From the NCBI GenBank assembly GCA_015680685.1, contig MNCI01002917.1, positions 99,521 through 163,520 of the forward strand: a DNA stretch of 64,000 bases, given 5' to 3'. Made by a program: the position numbers and the translations under genes. Below, piece after piece: positions 62,801-64,000 of this stretch (positions are counted from its first letter, which is position 1; each line of letters opens with the position of its first letter). The notes under the pieces are model-generated. The model saw only the letters and a list, made by a program, of their open reading frames with translations, had not been told where the DNA came from and did not search any database. Source of the DNA: Gnetum montanum (lineage: Eukaryota; Plantae; Gnetophyta).

Positions 62801-64000
62801 AACTTCATGGAAATTAATAGGAACCTTTACAAAGTCTATCCTAATGGCCTAGTACGTTGGTGTATCCCTCATATGGATCAACTGCACATTCTTTAGGATG
62901 CTCATGAAGGCCCTTGTGGGGGCCATTATGTTGGGAGACACATAATGATAAAAATCCTCATGGTGAGATATTATTGGCCAACAATCTTCCAATTCATCTA
63001 CGCTTGTGATCATTGTTAGAGGGATGGTGGAATGATAGCTTGAATGGAGGGACCACAATAATGGATTCAACCTCTTGAGAAATTTAATATTTGGGGCATT
63101 AACTACATGGATCTCATCACACCTTTATCAAATGGAAAGGCATATATCATAGTCCGAGTTAACTATTGCACCAAGTGGGCAAAAGCAGTTGTCATCACTG
63201 ACTATACATCCACCATTGCTACTTGGTTTGTGTAAAAAAATATCATAAATAGGTTTGGTATGACTCATGCATGAATTTATGATAATGGAACTCATTTTAT
63301 AGGTGCCACTTTCCAAAAACTTATGCAACGCTTAGGGGTTGAGCACAAACTCACAACACCATATCACCCCCAAGCCAATGGTCAAGTTGAGGTCACTAAT
63401 CGGGAAATTACAAAAATTATAATTCACACCGTTAGCAAATACTGACGGGATTAGAGCACCAAATTAAATGATGCCCTTTGGGCCTATTTCTCCACATGGA
63501 AGCTTCCCATAGGTTATTCTCCCTAGGAGCTCATGTATGGAAAACTACCAACACTACCGATCCAATCTGAGCTCCGTACACTCTCTACAACCTGTGACCT
63601 TGACATAAATCTAAGTCTAGCATAGAAAGAATGATTAATGAACCTAAAATTACTATATAAAAATTAGTTGATGGCCTTGTCATCCAAAAAAATTCATAAG
63701 GCATTTAACAAGAAACACCATGACTTCAAAATAAGAAAAGTCAAGTTTCAACCAGGCGATAAGGTCCTCTACTAGAATCCTGCACATGTACCCTAACAAA
63801 CCAAATTTCAAAAATTGTGGGAAGGACCTTACATTATTGATGAAATGTTTCCATCTAGGACCATGATTATCTATAAACTTGATAACCTAGATAAGAAACA
63901 ATTAGTCAACATCCAACAAGTAAAACCTTTCCATGAGCCCAAGCCAACCAACTCAATAGACACCTCAATAGATGAACAACCATACTTAATATTTTGAATC
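56878..64000 (+). mobile_element. Athila-like element B: 5' LTR 56878-57683, PBS and decayed gag-pol; continues off the right edge
   Basis: TGATAAAT...CTCATCA, PBS TGGTGCCATTGCTAGGGAC (57685-57703), gag from ATG 57849, VEVFMDDFSTYG (~61800-61835), MVFALEKFR, HEGPCGGHY, TPYHPQANGQVEVTNRE, WEGPY. Confidence 0.93.

Overview
AT-rich land-plant nuclear DNA; the species cannot be determined from the sequence. There is one intact gene, a plant-type RanGAP (WPP domain, LRRs, acidic tail; single-exon CDS 37114-38853, +), with a CpG-rich promoter and a probable 5'-UTR intron. It lies among nested, heavily C>T-decayed retroelements. One Athila-like Ty3/gypsy family (TGATGA...TCATCA LTRs, tRNA-Asp PBS) appears as one full-length element, two nested partial elements and five TSD-flanked solo LTRs. 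Other elements are two Tat/Ogre-like gag-protease elements, an internally decayed Copia with both LTRs that hosts three of the solo LTRs, a second Copia RT/RNase H remnant, a chromovirus-like solo LTR and a LINE split by the full-length Athila. There are also two tRNA-like SINE heads and two decayed gene-like segments. I found no new multi-gene system. The most interesting signals are (i) a covarying RNA stem-loop in the Athila U5 whose loop is complementary to a conserved motif near the LTR end, (ii) all four combinations of two U3 and two R/U5 LTR modules, (iii) a pol-less Tat-like element next to an antisense spliced gene remnant, and (iv) a LINE whose ORF1 is not the usual plant L1 type. 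All alignments and translations were done by eye. Single N characters at 11687, 33920 and 56467 mark assembly gaps.
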